Notes under the pieces: model-generated
Seen by the model: the letters and a program-made list of their open reading frames with translations, nothing else
What the model was told of the DNA's origin: nothing
Databases searched by the model: none
DNA from: a bacterium
GTDB lineage: Bacteria > Margulisbacteria > Marinamargulisbacteria > GCA-2716485 > JAYNIM01
NCBI GenBank assembly: GCA_038109055.1
Contig: JAYNIM010000001.1
Span: 491,365 to 555,364, forward strand
Length of the DNA stretch: 64,000 nucleotides
Direction of reading: 5' to 3'
Position numbers and translations under genes: made by a program
Part shown: piece by piece, positions 11,275-20,364 of the stretch
Position numbering within the stretch: the stretch's first letter is position 1
Layout: each line of letters begins with the position of its first letter

Positions 11275-11684
11275 TGTCGTTACACTATCCCACTTATAAA
11301 AAGCATCGACTTGAGCCTCGCATTGAGTTGGCTCCCCTTATCGATATTATTTTTGTGTTGCTTATTTTTTTTGCTGTTTCAAGTAGTCTTATTTTAAAAA
11401 ATCAAGGTATTTCTCTTTTATTACCTAAGGCTAAAAGTGTCTCTACTCACAAAAATGAACTTATTGTTCATATCGATCAGCAACGTCGTATTTTTTTTAA
11501 TAAGAACGCCATTTCACACAAAGGCTTTAACTCTGAGCTTCGTGATATGATCAAACAATCTCCTAAACTTCAGGTTATTCTACGAGCAGATCGAGAAACC
11601 CCTTACCACTTTGTTATCAATGTCTTGGACCAGATACGTTTAGCTGGGTGTTATGATATTGTTTTAGCTGCTGAAAAACCTTAA
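11274..11684 (+). CDS. exbD: ExbD/TolR biopolymer transport protein
   Basis: LAPLIDIIFVLLIFF, VILRADRETPY. Confidence 0.9.
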   Translation: MSLHYPTYKKHRLEPRIELAPLIDIIFVLLIFFAVSSSLILKNQGISLLLPKAKSVSTHKNELIVHIDQQRRIFFNKNAISHKGFNSELRDMIKQSPKLQVILRADRETPYHFVINVLDQIRLAGCYDIVLAAEKP

Positions 11685-11687
11685 TTT

Positions 11688-12197
11688 ATGTTAAAAATTA
11701 TTGCTATTTTTTTTACCATTGGCTTGCATCTTTTGCTTTTTTTTATTTCAATCCCTCAACGATTTATGACTAAAGATGTTGCGGTTAATCATGTCCCTAT
11801 TCTTCTGCCTGTTACCTTGGTTTCCGAACAGAAACAACCACTTTTGCTTCTTGCAGATTCTGAATCACCTAAGCAGGTGAAAGTCAAAGAAAAAAAGAAA
11901 ATTAAACCTACTCAATTACCAGGAGATCGTAAATTTGCAACTATTTCCAAAAAAGTTCGCCCTGTTTATCCGAAAAAAGCCCTTAATTATGACTGGAAGG
12001 GTAAGATTGTTGTTCAAGCTACTATTAATCCTAAAGGAAAAGTCAGTCATATTAAAATTTTGAAGTCAACAGGCTATACAATTTTAGATCAATCTTTTGT
12101 TCGGACTGTCATGCAGTATTATGTATTTAAACCAAAGCGTGTCATGGGCAAAAATGTCTCGTCTTTTTTAAAATTGAGCTATGATTTTGACCTTTAA
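11688..12197 (+). CDS. tonB: Short TonB-family energy transducer
   Basis: N-terminal TM with His; C-terminal PVYPKKA...GKIVVQATINPKGKV...STGYTILD. Confidence 0.85.
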   Translation: MLKIIAIFFTIGLHLLLFFISIPQRFMTKDVAVNHVPILLPVTLVSEQKQPLLLLADSESPKQVKVKEKKKIKPTQLPGDRKFATISKKVRPVYPKKALNYDWKGKIVVQATINPKGKVSHIKILKSTGYTILDQSFVRTVMQYYVFKPKRVMGKNVSSFLKLSYDFDL

Positions 12198-14121
12198 ATC
12201 TTTGTGTCTTTTCTTTCTCGTGACATTTACTTCATTTCTTTTTGCAAAGGAAATCCCTTCTCCACTCATGCTTCAAAATGAATTCATTAAACTTATTGTT
12301 AATCAGGATCCAATTAATATAGGGCGCTTTGCTATTGAAACTAGTCAAGGTGATCCAAAAAATAAACGCGATGATGAAAAGCCCTTAATCTTTGGGCGTC
12401 CTTATCCTTGGACCTCCTACACCACAATCTATCTAGATGGTAAAATCTATATTTTTGGTGGTAAGAACCCTAAATATCAAAAGCGTAGTTCTGAAAATTT
12501 GCACTTTGGTCAGGTTATACATCAGACAATTGAAAACAATCAGATTATTACAGTTTGTCGTTTTGATGATTTATCTGTCACCCAACGTTTGTATTTTTTT
12601 CGACATCCAAACTCAAAGGTGTTTGATACCGCTATGCTTCATTATGAGGTTCATAATCTTGGATCTAAGAAACACCGTGTAGGGTTAAGAGTGATGTTAG
12701 ATACCATGTTGGGGTCTAATGATGCAGCACCTTTTCGTTTTGGCTCATCTGTTATTACATCTGAAAAACAATTTCACAAAAAAGATTTTTTTAATTACTG
12801 GCAAACATTTGATAATTTAAAATCCCCTACAATTATTGCACAGGGCACGGTCCTTTTAGACAATCCTAATTTTATTGTTCCAGATCGTATTTTACTTTCG
12901 AATTGGGGACATTTGGTGGCTAATCCTTGGAAGGAAAACTATAAAAAAGAGCGTAGCTTTATACGGCAAGGTGAATTAGAACAAGACACGGCCTTGGCGT
13001 TGTATTGGGACCCTAGCACCTTGTCAGCGAATGAAACCAGGCACTACCAAACGCTTTATGGACTGGGCGGGGTTAATCTCAATGCGGGAGAACTTACCTT
13101 AGGAATGAGTGCCCCTAAACAACTTAATCAATTACAGAAAAAACCTTTTCTTATCATGGCCTATTTACTTAATGCGGGAGGTTATGATTCTTATGACACG
13201 AGCATTTCTATTCAACTCCCTGAAGGTTTTTCCTTAGTTAAAGGTAAACTTCAACATTCTCTTGGTTTATTAAAAGCAAATGATACCTATCAATTTCCTC
13301 TTCAACTCTCTATTAAACCTAAACTTATCAAGACAGGCGCCCAACTTGTGACTTTTTCTGTTCAATCAAAAAGTTTGGAAGATAATAGTTTAACTCAATC
13401 TATTAACGTTTTATCTCCTAGCCCAGCTAAAATCAATTTATCTATGCAAAAACAAATTTATCAACCTGATTCCGTGGTTTTTGTTCCTGTAAAATTAAGC
13501 ATTCAAAATACCAGTCCTTTTCCTCTTGAGCATGTTACCTGTCAAATTCAACCCAATAAAGGTCATTTTACCATTCCAAATTTTGAAATTCCTAGTAAAT
13601 CTATTTTCTTGGCTCCGTATGCAAGTAAAGACATTAACTGGCTCTTATCTTTAGCTCCTAGTCAACGTAATCATGCTGAATTATTTGTCAAAGTAGACTC
13701 TAGCTTTGATACCAACTATCTTTATGCACGTGCTGATGTCTTTAAACATGATGCTTCTTTTGTTTTTCGAATGAGTGCAGAGGATGTCAAAATTCATGAC
13801 TATTTTTTTCTAGAGTTTCAGCTACCTCAACGACTTTTGGATCAAAATCCCCGTATTGAGATTGATTTTCCTGAGCATTTGATTGAACTGTTACGATTTA
13901 ATGTTCCTTCTTTCCTTCATGATCAACATCAATCTCGTTATTATCAACGTGCTCCTTCTCGATTGATGTTTGACCTTCGTTCTTTTGACAAATTGCCAAA
14001 CAGAATCATTTTTCGTTTGCATTTTAAGGCAAAACAAAAGGGGTATTCCAGCTTACGTATCTATAATCACGGACATTTAATTAAGTCTCAACCTATATTA
14101 ATTAATGATGCTATGTTATGA
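12181..14121 (+). CDS. Secreted multi-domain beta-rich hypothetical protein
   Basis: Signal peptide ending FLFA; beta-rich N-domain (GLRVMLDTMLGSNDAAPF) followed by Ig-like segments; overlaps tonB. Confidence 0.6.
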   Translation: MILTFKSLCLFFLVTFTSFLFAKEIPSPLMLQNEFIKLIVNQDPINIGRFAIETSQGDPKNKRDDEKPLIFGRPYPWTSYTTIYLDGKIYIFGGKNPKYQKRSSENLHFGQVIHQTIENNQIITVCRFDDLSVTQRLYFFRHPNSKVFDTAMLHYEVHNLGSKKHRVGLRVMLDTMLGSNDAAPFRFGSSVITSEKQFHKKDFFNYWQTFDNLKSPTIIAQGTVLLDNPNFIVPDRILLSNWGHLVANPWKENYKKERSFIRQGELEQDTALALYWDPSTLSANETRHYQTLYGLGGVNLNAGELTLGMSAPKQLNQLQKKPFLIMAYLLNAGGYDSYDTSISIQLPEGFSLVKGKLQHSLGLLKANDTYQFPLQLSIKPKLIKTGAQLVTFSVQSKSLEDNSLTQSINVLSPSPAKINLSMQKQIYQPDSVVFVPVKLSIQNTSPFPLEHVTCQIQPNKGHFTIPNFEIPSKSIFLAPYASKDINWLLSLAPSQRNHAELFVKVDSSFDTNYLYARADVFKHDASFVFRMSAEDVKIHDYFFLEFQLPQRLLDQNPRIEIDFPEHLIELLRFNVPSFLHDQHQSRYYQRAPSRLMFDLRSFDKLPNRIIFRLHFKAKQKGYSSLRIYNHGHLIKSQPILINDAML

Positions 14122-14615
14122 TTTCGAAGATGTTTATAAGGTTATTTTTGTGTATTTATATCTTACTTTTGTGTCATTTTGTTCATGCGTTCAAAATCAA
14201 TGATTTAAACTCTTCTGATCCAGCGTATAATGCCGTTAAATCATCTATTGATAACGGTTATTTATCTCTTTATAAGAATCGTACCTTTCAAGGAAAACGG
14301 CCAGTTACCCGAAAAGAGATGGCTATTCTTATCGAGCGTTTACTCACCCGTAAAGAAAATTCAACTCTAGACTCAGACAAAATCCAAGACTTGTCTCATT
14401 TGTCAGAAAATTTCAAGCCACTTCTTTCTAATCTTCAGGAAGAATATGATCTCTTACAGGGGCTCTTTTTTGGCATTCAAGAAGAAAATATTGCGCTACA
14501 TCGTGATGTATCTGTCTTGCAAGACAAACATCGAAGCCAAGAGCTTAAATTAAAGCGTCAGCAATTATGGATTTATGCGCTATGTGGTTTTTCGATGCTT
14601 AATCTTTTTCTTTAA
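14118..14615 (+). CDS. SLH-domain protein with coiled coil and C-terminal hydrophobic anchor
   Basis: Signal peptide; SLH-like DLNSSDPAYNAV...TFQGKRPVTRKEMAILIERL; heptad region; hydrophobic C-terminus. Confidence 0.75.
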   Translation: MISKMFIRLFLCIYILLLCHFVHAFKINDLNSSDPAYNAVKSSIDNGYLSLYKNRTFQGKRPVTRKEMAILIERLLTRKENSTLDSDKIQDLSHLSENFKPLLSNLQEEYDLLQGLFFGIQEENIALHRDVSVLQDKHRSQELKLKRQQLWIYALCGFSMLNLFL

Positions 14616-15418
14616 TGTCTGCTTTTGTTACATCCTATTTAAAGGAGGTTTTAGACACATGGATTGCTAAAAATCACCTCCGTAATGGTCTTTTATTCTA
14701 TGGGTCTACCTCAGGCTTCCCTAATAAAGTGGCCAATTATTTTATACAGGCTTACTTCTCTTCTTCTACCTTCTCCCTTGATACAAATCCTGACTTTTTA
14801 CATATCTATTCTGAAAAACAAATTAAAATTGATCATATTCGTCACATTCTAGATCGTGTACGTTATGGTCCAACGCAGCACGAAAGCATGATTGTTTTTA
14901 TTGAACATTTAGAACGTCTCACCATTGAAGCCTCTAATGCCTTACTTAAGACTCTTGAAACACCTCCTAAACATGTTTATTTTCTAAGTAGTAGTCATTT
15001 ATTTTCGTCATTATTGCCAACTATTACGTCTCGTTGTCAGCCTATTTACTGCCCCTCACTGACCTATGACCAGTTGTTTAGCGCTGTAAATATGACTGTC
15101 TCTGAGATTAGTTCTACCTCAACTTATGAAGACTTACTTAAACTTGCCTGTGGTGTGGATCATCCGTCATACTGTTCTTTTCATGACTTTTTACACTTTT
15201 CTTTGTCGAAGCGTTTTGCTTTCTTTCACCAATATATTGATACTAAAGAAACCTTTACGACCCTTTTATATCACTGGCTTTCTGAACTTTCTACAGATCA
15301 AACCTATCGCTATCTTTCTTTAAGTAAACTTTTAAGAGAAACATTAACCCGTTTAACTCATCACGTTAACCTTAAACTTCAATTTGATTCATTTATTAGT
15401 CAATTACCTATCACGTAG
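14615..15418 (+). CDS. holB: DNA polymerase III delta-prime subunit, divergent
   Basis: NPDF, IKIDHIR, ASNALLKTLETPP, LLPTITSRCQ. Confidence 0.85.
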   Translation: MSAFVTSYLKEVLDTWIAKNHLRNGLLFYGSTSGFPNKVANYFIQAYFSSSTFSLDTNPDFLHIYSEKQIKIDHIRHILDRVRYGPTQHESMIVFIEHLERLTIEASNALLKTLETPPKHVYFLSSSHLFSSLLPTITSRCQPIYCPSLTYDQLFSAVNMTVSEISSTSTYEDLLKLACGVDHPSYCSFHDFLHFSLSKRFAFFHQYIDTKETFTTLLYHWLSELSTDQTYRYLSLSKLLRETLTRLTHHVNLKLQFDSFISQLPIT

Positions 15419-15499
15419 ACATAAATATTGATTTTCATTTTTCACTGCTTGATCATTTATGCTATATTTGAGTTATATTTTAGAAGGAGGTGACTGTAA

Positions 15500-15700
15500 G
15501 TGACCGAAGATAATGCTAAACAAAGTGAACGTAAGCAAGTTGATAGTCTTAATAGAAAATTAGGGAAATTTAAACGAGACTCTAAAACTAAACTCATAAA
15601 TTTACGTAAAAAAATGTATTATGAGAAACCTTCAGATTTAAAAAAACAGCGTTTTGCTGATGCTCAACGTCGTACCCGTTCTCAACAACGTGAAGATTAA
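15500..15700 (+). CDS. rpsU: 30S ribosomal protein bS21
   Basis: Basic 66-aa protein with KFKR...YYEKPS; strong SD AAGGAGGTG before the GTG start. Confidence 0.75.
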   Translation: MTEDNAKQSERKQVDSLNRKLGKFKRDSKTKLINLRKKMYYEKPSDLKKQRFADAQRRTRSQQRED

Positions 15701-18103
15701 TTGACTACAACATTTTTTACGCCTCATTCTTTAAGCAAAGCAGCCCTATTTCAAAGTGCTTTGCTTAAGATTGATCGGCATAATATTCATAGTTCTTGTG
15801 ATGATTTATATCAATTTATCACTCAATACCCTCAGCAATCTGTAGATGTATTCATTTATTTATATGAGCGTTTTAATGCGACTCAAAATAATTATTTACG
15901 TTTTTTAATTGCTAAGCTTTATTTTAAATTAGAGCAGTACTCTATGGCCTTTCTTGAATTAAAAATATTGTTAGAGCGAAAAGATATCGCTTCTGCAGCT
16001 TATCCACTTTTATTTCAATTGTATGAAAAAGGTTTATTTAAATCTGAAATTATTAGCATTTTTGAATTGTCGCATCGTGATGATCGTGACGAGTCTTTTT
16101 TGTTGGATTATTTACCTAAACTATATGTTGAAGATAAAAAATTTGACGAGTTAATTTCTTTCTATACGGAATTAATTCATATTTCGCCTAATGATCTTCA
16201 TTTGCAAGACAAATTGGCGTCAGCTTACCTGCGTGTCTCTCGTTATGAAGACGCCATTTCAACTTACACAGCTATTTTTTCTAGTAACTCTGAATGGCGA
16301 TATAAAGTAATTCCTCAAATTGAATCTTTTGTTAATGAACATTCGGATCTATTTTCTATGCGCTACTTTTTAATTGATCTTTATATTAAACAGTGCCTTC
16401 CTGATAAAGCCCTTGCTTCTTTATCCTTACTTAACTCTGAATCTTCGAAGCATGCTGAAAAAGGCCTAGAGTATTGTAAACATATTATGGATATTTATCC
16501 GAATCATTTTAATACCCTCGTATTTTCAGCTGAGCTTTATTATAAACTGGATCGTTATACTGAATCTGTTACGGTTTTAACATCAGCATTTGCTCTTAAT
16601 TCTGACAATCATCTTGTTATTCTTACCTTGTTAAAAAAAATACTTTCCCAAGAACCATCGCAAGTTTCCGCAAAACTTTTGTTATGTGATATTTATTTTA
16701 AGCAAAATAATTTGTCTTCTTACGTTCACATTCTTACTGAGCTTATTGAGAGTGAATACCCGGATCTAAACGAACTTCATTCTCGTATTAATAAACTCAA
16801 ATCTGATGATAAGAGGGCGCTTAAATTGAAAGCCTTAATTTATTTATACCAAGGTGATGCACGCTGTTTAAGCATCTGTGAATCATTAAATGACTCCTCC
16901 ATGTCGTTTGATATCTCTGTTATTGTTCTTCGATATTATTTCAAAAAAAATATGCTTTCTAAGGTCAAAGATACTCTAAAGGAATTGTTACTAGCTTCTC
17001 CATTTTCCTATGATCTTCATGATTATATCAAACAACTGCATCATTCTGCGATTCGAAATGATATTCAAATACTTAAACGTCATCAACCTAATGTTCAAAG
17101 TAACCGTCTTTCATTTCGTTTAGGATTACTTCACTTGCGTCAGGAAAATGTATTGACTGCCATTGATTGTTTTCAACATGTTTCTTCAGAACATGTGCTT
17201 TATCAAAAATCAAATGCTTTGCTTGGACGTTGTTTTTTTGAAATTGGTCGTTTTGATCTTGCACAGCAAATTTTTCAACGTTTAATGATTCACTGTAAAA
17301 AGTCATCTCGATTTTTTACTAATCAAATTAGGTTTTCTAATGCTTGTAGCCAGATACTTAATGGTAATCTGCAAAGTGGTATACGCTTACTTGAGCAAAT
17401 TTATGCATCTCAAGTAACCTTTCCATGTTTACAAAATATGCTTTCTTATTATAAGAGTTTTCATTTTGATGATGGGCGTAGTCCTTTTCTTACGGCTTTT
17501 TATTTTAAAGATCGTTTTTTCCCTTGCACATTTTATCATTCTTCTATTTTTGATCACTATGAAGATAGTTCTAAAAACGCCTGTTTATTTACGCTTAACT
17601 ATAAAGCCATGCAGCATATTTTATCGTCTCATTATCAACTTGCAAGAGTTGAATTTATATCTATACTACAACAAGCCCCGTCTTATGTGCCTGCAAAATT
17701 CAATCTTTGTCTGCTTAATATTTTGATGGATAATATTCCTGATGCTCAACGCTTGTTAGACACTCTTCGTGATTATAAAAACCTTGAAGTTCTTGCGTCG
17801 CTTTTTCAAAGTTTTATTGATCTAAAAAAAAATAAAATTTCTTCAGCTTTAACGTCGTTAAAAGATCTAGCTTCTTCCTTTCAAACTCCAGAATACTTTT
17901 TACATTATAGTAGTTGTTTTTTGCTTAACAAGGATATTTCTGCTAGTCTTTCCCCATTAAAAGATAGTTGTAATGTTGCAATTCTGTTTCCTTTTATTCA
18001 ACGATTACATGCTTACTTAGAAATTAACTCATTGGATATTACATATTGGTTGTCTCCTTTATCTTTTTCCTTTAACAGTCTTCTTAAGCGTTTTTATACA
18101 TAA
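15701..18103 (+). CDS. Tetratricopeptide-repeat protein
   Basis: Repeated TPR-like helices (LASAYLRVSRYEDAI, LGRCFFEIGRFDLA). Confidence 0.75.
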   Translation: MTTTFFTPHSLSKAALFQSALLKIDRHNIHSSCDDLYQFITQYPQQSVDVFIYLYERFNATQNNYLRFLIAKLYFKLEQYSMAFLELKILLERKDIASAAYPLLFQLYEKGLFKSEIISIFELSHRDDRDESFLLDYLPKLYVEDKKFDELISFYTELIHISPNDLHLQDKLASAYLRVSRYEDAISTYTAIFSSNSEWRYKVIPQIESFVNEHSDLFSMRYFLIDLYIKQCLPDKALASLSLLNSESSKHAEKGLEYCKHIMDIYPNHFNTLVFSAELYYKLDRYTESVTVLTSAFALNSDNHLVILTLLKKILSQEPSQVSAKLLLCDIYFKQNNLSSYVHILTELIESEYPDLNELHSRINKLKSDDKRALKLKALIYLYQGDARCLSICESLNDSSMSFDISVIVLRYYFKKNMLSKVKDTLKELLLASPFSYDLHDYIKQLHHSAIRNDIQILKRHQPNVQSNRLSFRLGLLHLRQENVLTAIDCFQHVSSEHVLYQKSNALLGRCFFEIGRFDLAQQIFQRLMIHCKKSSRFFTNQIRFSNACSQILNGNLQSGIRLLEQIYASQVTFPCLQNMLSYYKSFHFDDGRSPFLTAFYFKDRFFPCTFYHSSIFDHYEDSSKNACLFTLNYKAMQHILSSHYQLARVEFISILQQAPSYVPAKFNLCLLNILMDNIPDAQRLLDTLRDYKNLEVLASLFQSFIDLKKNKISSALTSLKDLASSFQTPEYFLHYSSCFLLNKDISASLSPLKDSCNVAILFPFIQRLHAYLEINSLDITYWLSPLSFSFNSLLKRFYT

Positions 18104-18115
18104 AATTTTTATTTC

Positions 18116-19546
18116 ATGTTTATGTCATTAAAACTAATGCCTATTCTATGTCATAGATTCGGCCTCTTTCATCATATATTACTATTTCGTTTAAGCTATA
18201 TGTCTTTTTTTATGCTCCCCTGTCTATCAGCCTTTTTGTTATTTATCCCTTTTATTCTTCCCTCTTTATTCTATCTCCAATATCTTGCATTTCTTCCTTT
18301 ATTTTATTTGCTTTCTTTTAGTAAATCTCGCTGTATTTTTGTTATTATATTTATATTCCTTTTTGCTTATTTGGCTTTACATCATTTATGGTTCTTTTTT
18401 CTTTCTCCCTGGATCCCTGTTTTTTATATTTTTATTTTTTATTTTTTTTATATTTTATCTTTAGCTCTTATTTTTTCTTTGCTGCTGTTTTTCTTACTTT
18501 ATTGTAGAAAGACCTTTTTATTTTTTATCCCTTTTTGGATATTTTTTGAGTGGGTCTGTGAGCATGTTTTTTTAAATCCTAGTTTATATCTTGCATACGC
18601 TCAAGGAAAAAATTTATTTTTTAGTCAATGGGCCTCAATACTTCCTCTGCCTTTATTTGCTTTTATTATTTTATTGCTTAATCTCCTTTTATTTTTTCTT
18701 TTCTCTGCACATCACATTAAATTAAGCGTTTGTATGATCCTTTGTGTACTATTTTTTATGCATGCTCCTGGTTTTATCAGACTACAAAATCAACCCCTTA
18801 TTAAAGATTATATCTCGGTTGTTGCGATACATGCCCAACATAGTCAACATCAACGTTTAGACCCTAATTTATCCCTGATGAACTTTCACGATTATCTTAG
18901 CTTGAGTCGTTCTATTTTAGATCAACAATCCGCTAATTTACTTATTTGGCCAGAAACTTCTACATCTTATTTTGTGATTGACGATCCTAGTATTAAGGAA
19001 ACGCTTCAGTCTTTCTGTCTACGCTATTCCTGTGATCTAGTTTTGGGTAGCAAGCACGTCGATAATGACTTATATTTTAATGGCGCTGCACATTTTCATT
19101 CAACTCAAAAAACACCTAATTTTGTTAATAAACATCGCCTTATGCCTATTGGTGAGTACTGGCCCTTTCCCTTTTTCACTACACGTTATCAACAACTTTT
19201 TTCAGTGCACAGCTATACAGCAACTGATTCTATTAAGCTATTTTCTATTTCTAACTACCCTATTGCTCTTGCTATATGTTTAGATGCCAGTTCTGTCTCT
19301 TTATTCCAATCTTTTAAACATCAAGGGGCTGTGGCAGCAATTGTTTTGGCTAATCTTGCTTGGTTTGAAGATCCATTTATCAAAGAACGGTTTTTTAGGT
19401 TCTGCCAATTTCGTGCCATTCAAATGGGTAAATCTCTTTATGTGTTGGCAAATTATGGCCGCTCAGCCTTATTCAACCCTTTTGGTCAAGCATCTATTGT
19501 TTCAGAGGACCGTTTTTCTCATCGCTTCCTTATGCCAATTTACTAA
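18116..19546 (+). CDS. lnt: Apolipoprotein N-acyltransferase
   Basis: Multi-TM N-terminus; nitrilase triad IWPET / KHRLMPIGEY / ICLDA; start uncertain. Confidence 0.85.
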   Translation: MFMSLKLMPILCHRFGLFHHILLFRLSYMSFFMLPCLSAFLLFIPFILPSLFYLQYLAFLPLFYLLSFSKSRCIFVIIFIFLFAYLALHHLWFFFLSPWIPVFYIFIFYFFYILSLALIFSLLLFFLLYCRKTFLFFIPFWIFFEWVCEHVFLNPSLYLAYAQGKNLFFSQWASILPLPLFAFIILLLNLLLFFLFSAHHIKLSVCMILCVLFFMHAPGFIRLQNQPLIKDYISVVAIHAQHSQHQRLDPNLSLMNFHDYLSLSRSILDQQSANLLIWPETSTSYFVIDDPSIKETLQSFCLRYSCDLVLGSKHVDNDLYFNGAAHFHSTQKTPNFVNKHRLMPIGEYWPFPFFTTRYQQLFSVHSYTATDSIKLFSISNYPIALAICLDASSVSLFQSFKHQGAVAAIVLANLAWFEDPFIKERFFRFCQFRAIQMGKSLYVLANYGRSALFNPFGQASIVSEDRFSHRFLMPIY

Positions 19547-19551
19547 AAAAT

Positions 19552-20364
19552 CTATGTGCTTGTAGTTGTTAAATCAAATTCTTCATCTAATGATTCTAAT
19601 GAAATTGGATCTGCATCTAAAAAATCATTTTCTTCAAATAAATCTTCTTCAATACTATTTTCTATTAATTCCTCATTTGTACCTTTGATACTTTGCATAT
19701 TCTTTGTTTCTGTAAGCTTATTTAATTCTGTTGTGCTTTGAAAACTATCCTTACGTTCTTTATTTTGATAGGATTCTTCTCTGTTATTACTTTCTTCTTT
19801 GCTACCTACCTCTATCTCATCGTTTTCATAAAATTGCATATATAATGCGTTGAATATACTTTCATCTAAAGGCGTGTTTTTTACTTTAGTATTTAGTATT
19901 CTTGATTTTTCATTTTCAGAGTAATGTTTTAGAATATTTTCTTGTTCTTGAAGGTCTAATTTAGTCAAAAAAAAGGCGATTGTTTGTACCTGTTCATTTT
20001 TTAATATCTCGGCAATTTCACTGTAGCTTCTCTGTGACCTGTCTGGATGACTATCTGCTACCTCTAACAGGTCATCATCTTCTTCCGAAGTTTTTTCTTC
20101 TTCCTCTTCTTCCTCTATGTCATTTAAAAAATTGTCTTCCTGTATAAGACTCATATCTTCTGGTTGCTCTAGTGTAATATGATCTACTTCTTCAATAAAT
20201 TCTGCTATTAATTGGTTTAGCTCTTTTTGAGATGGCATTGGAGGTTGTTCTATTTTTAACAACCTAGTTAAAGTATCTTGCCGCATGTGCTTTAAAACAG
20301 CCTCTGCTTGATTACCTAAAACAGATACTATAACCTTTGCTTTTATATGATTTTCTAGTGTCAC
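19552..20364 (-). CDS. fliG: FliG-like protein (N and M domains only, acidic tail)
   Basis: KAKVIVSVLGNQAEAVLKHM (FliG-N); EILKNEQVQTIAFFL (EHPQ-like FliG-M); directly follows fliF. Confidence 0.7.
   Translation of the reverse strand: MTLENHIKAKVIVSVLGNQAEAVLKHMRQDTLTRLLKIEQPPMPSQKELNQLIAEFIEEVDHITLEQPEDMSLIQEDNFLNDIEEEEEEEKTSEEDDDLLEVADSHPDRSQRSYSEIAEILKNEQVQTIAFFLTKLDLQEQENILKHYSENEKSRILNTKVKNTPLDESIFNALYMQFYENDEIEVGSKEESNNREESYQNKERKDSFQSTTELNKLTETKNMQSIKGTNEELIENSIEEDLFEENDFLDADPISLESLDEEFDLTTTST

Noticed and set aside
10672..11684. ExbB/ExbD as stators for the basal-body operon
   Set aside because: The ExbD has no OmpA-like peptidoglycan-binding domain, a tonB follows, and FliG lacks a torque domain
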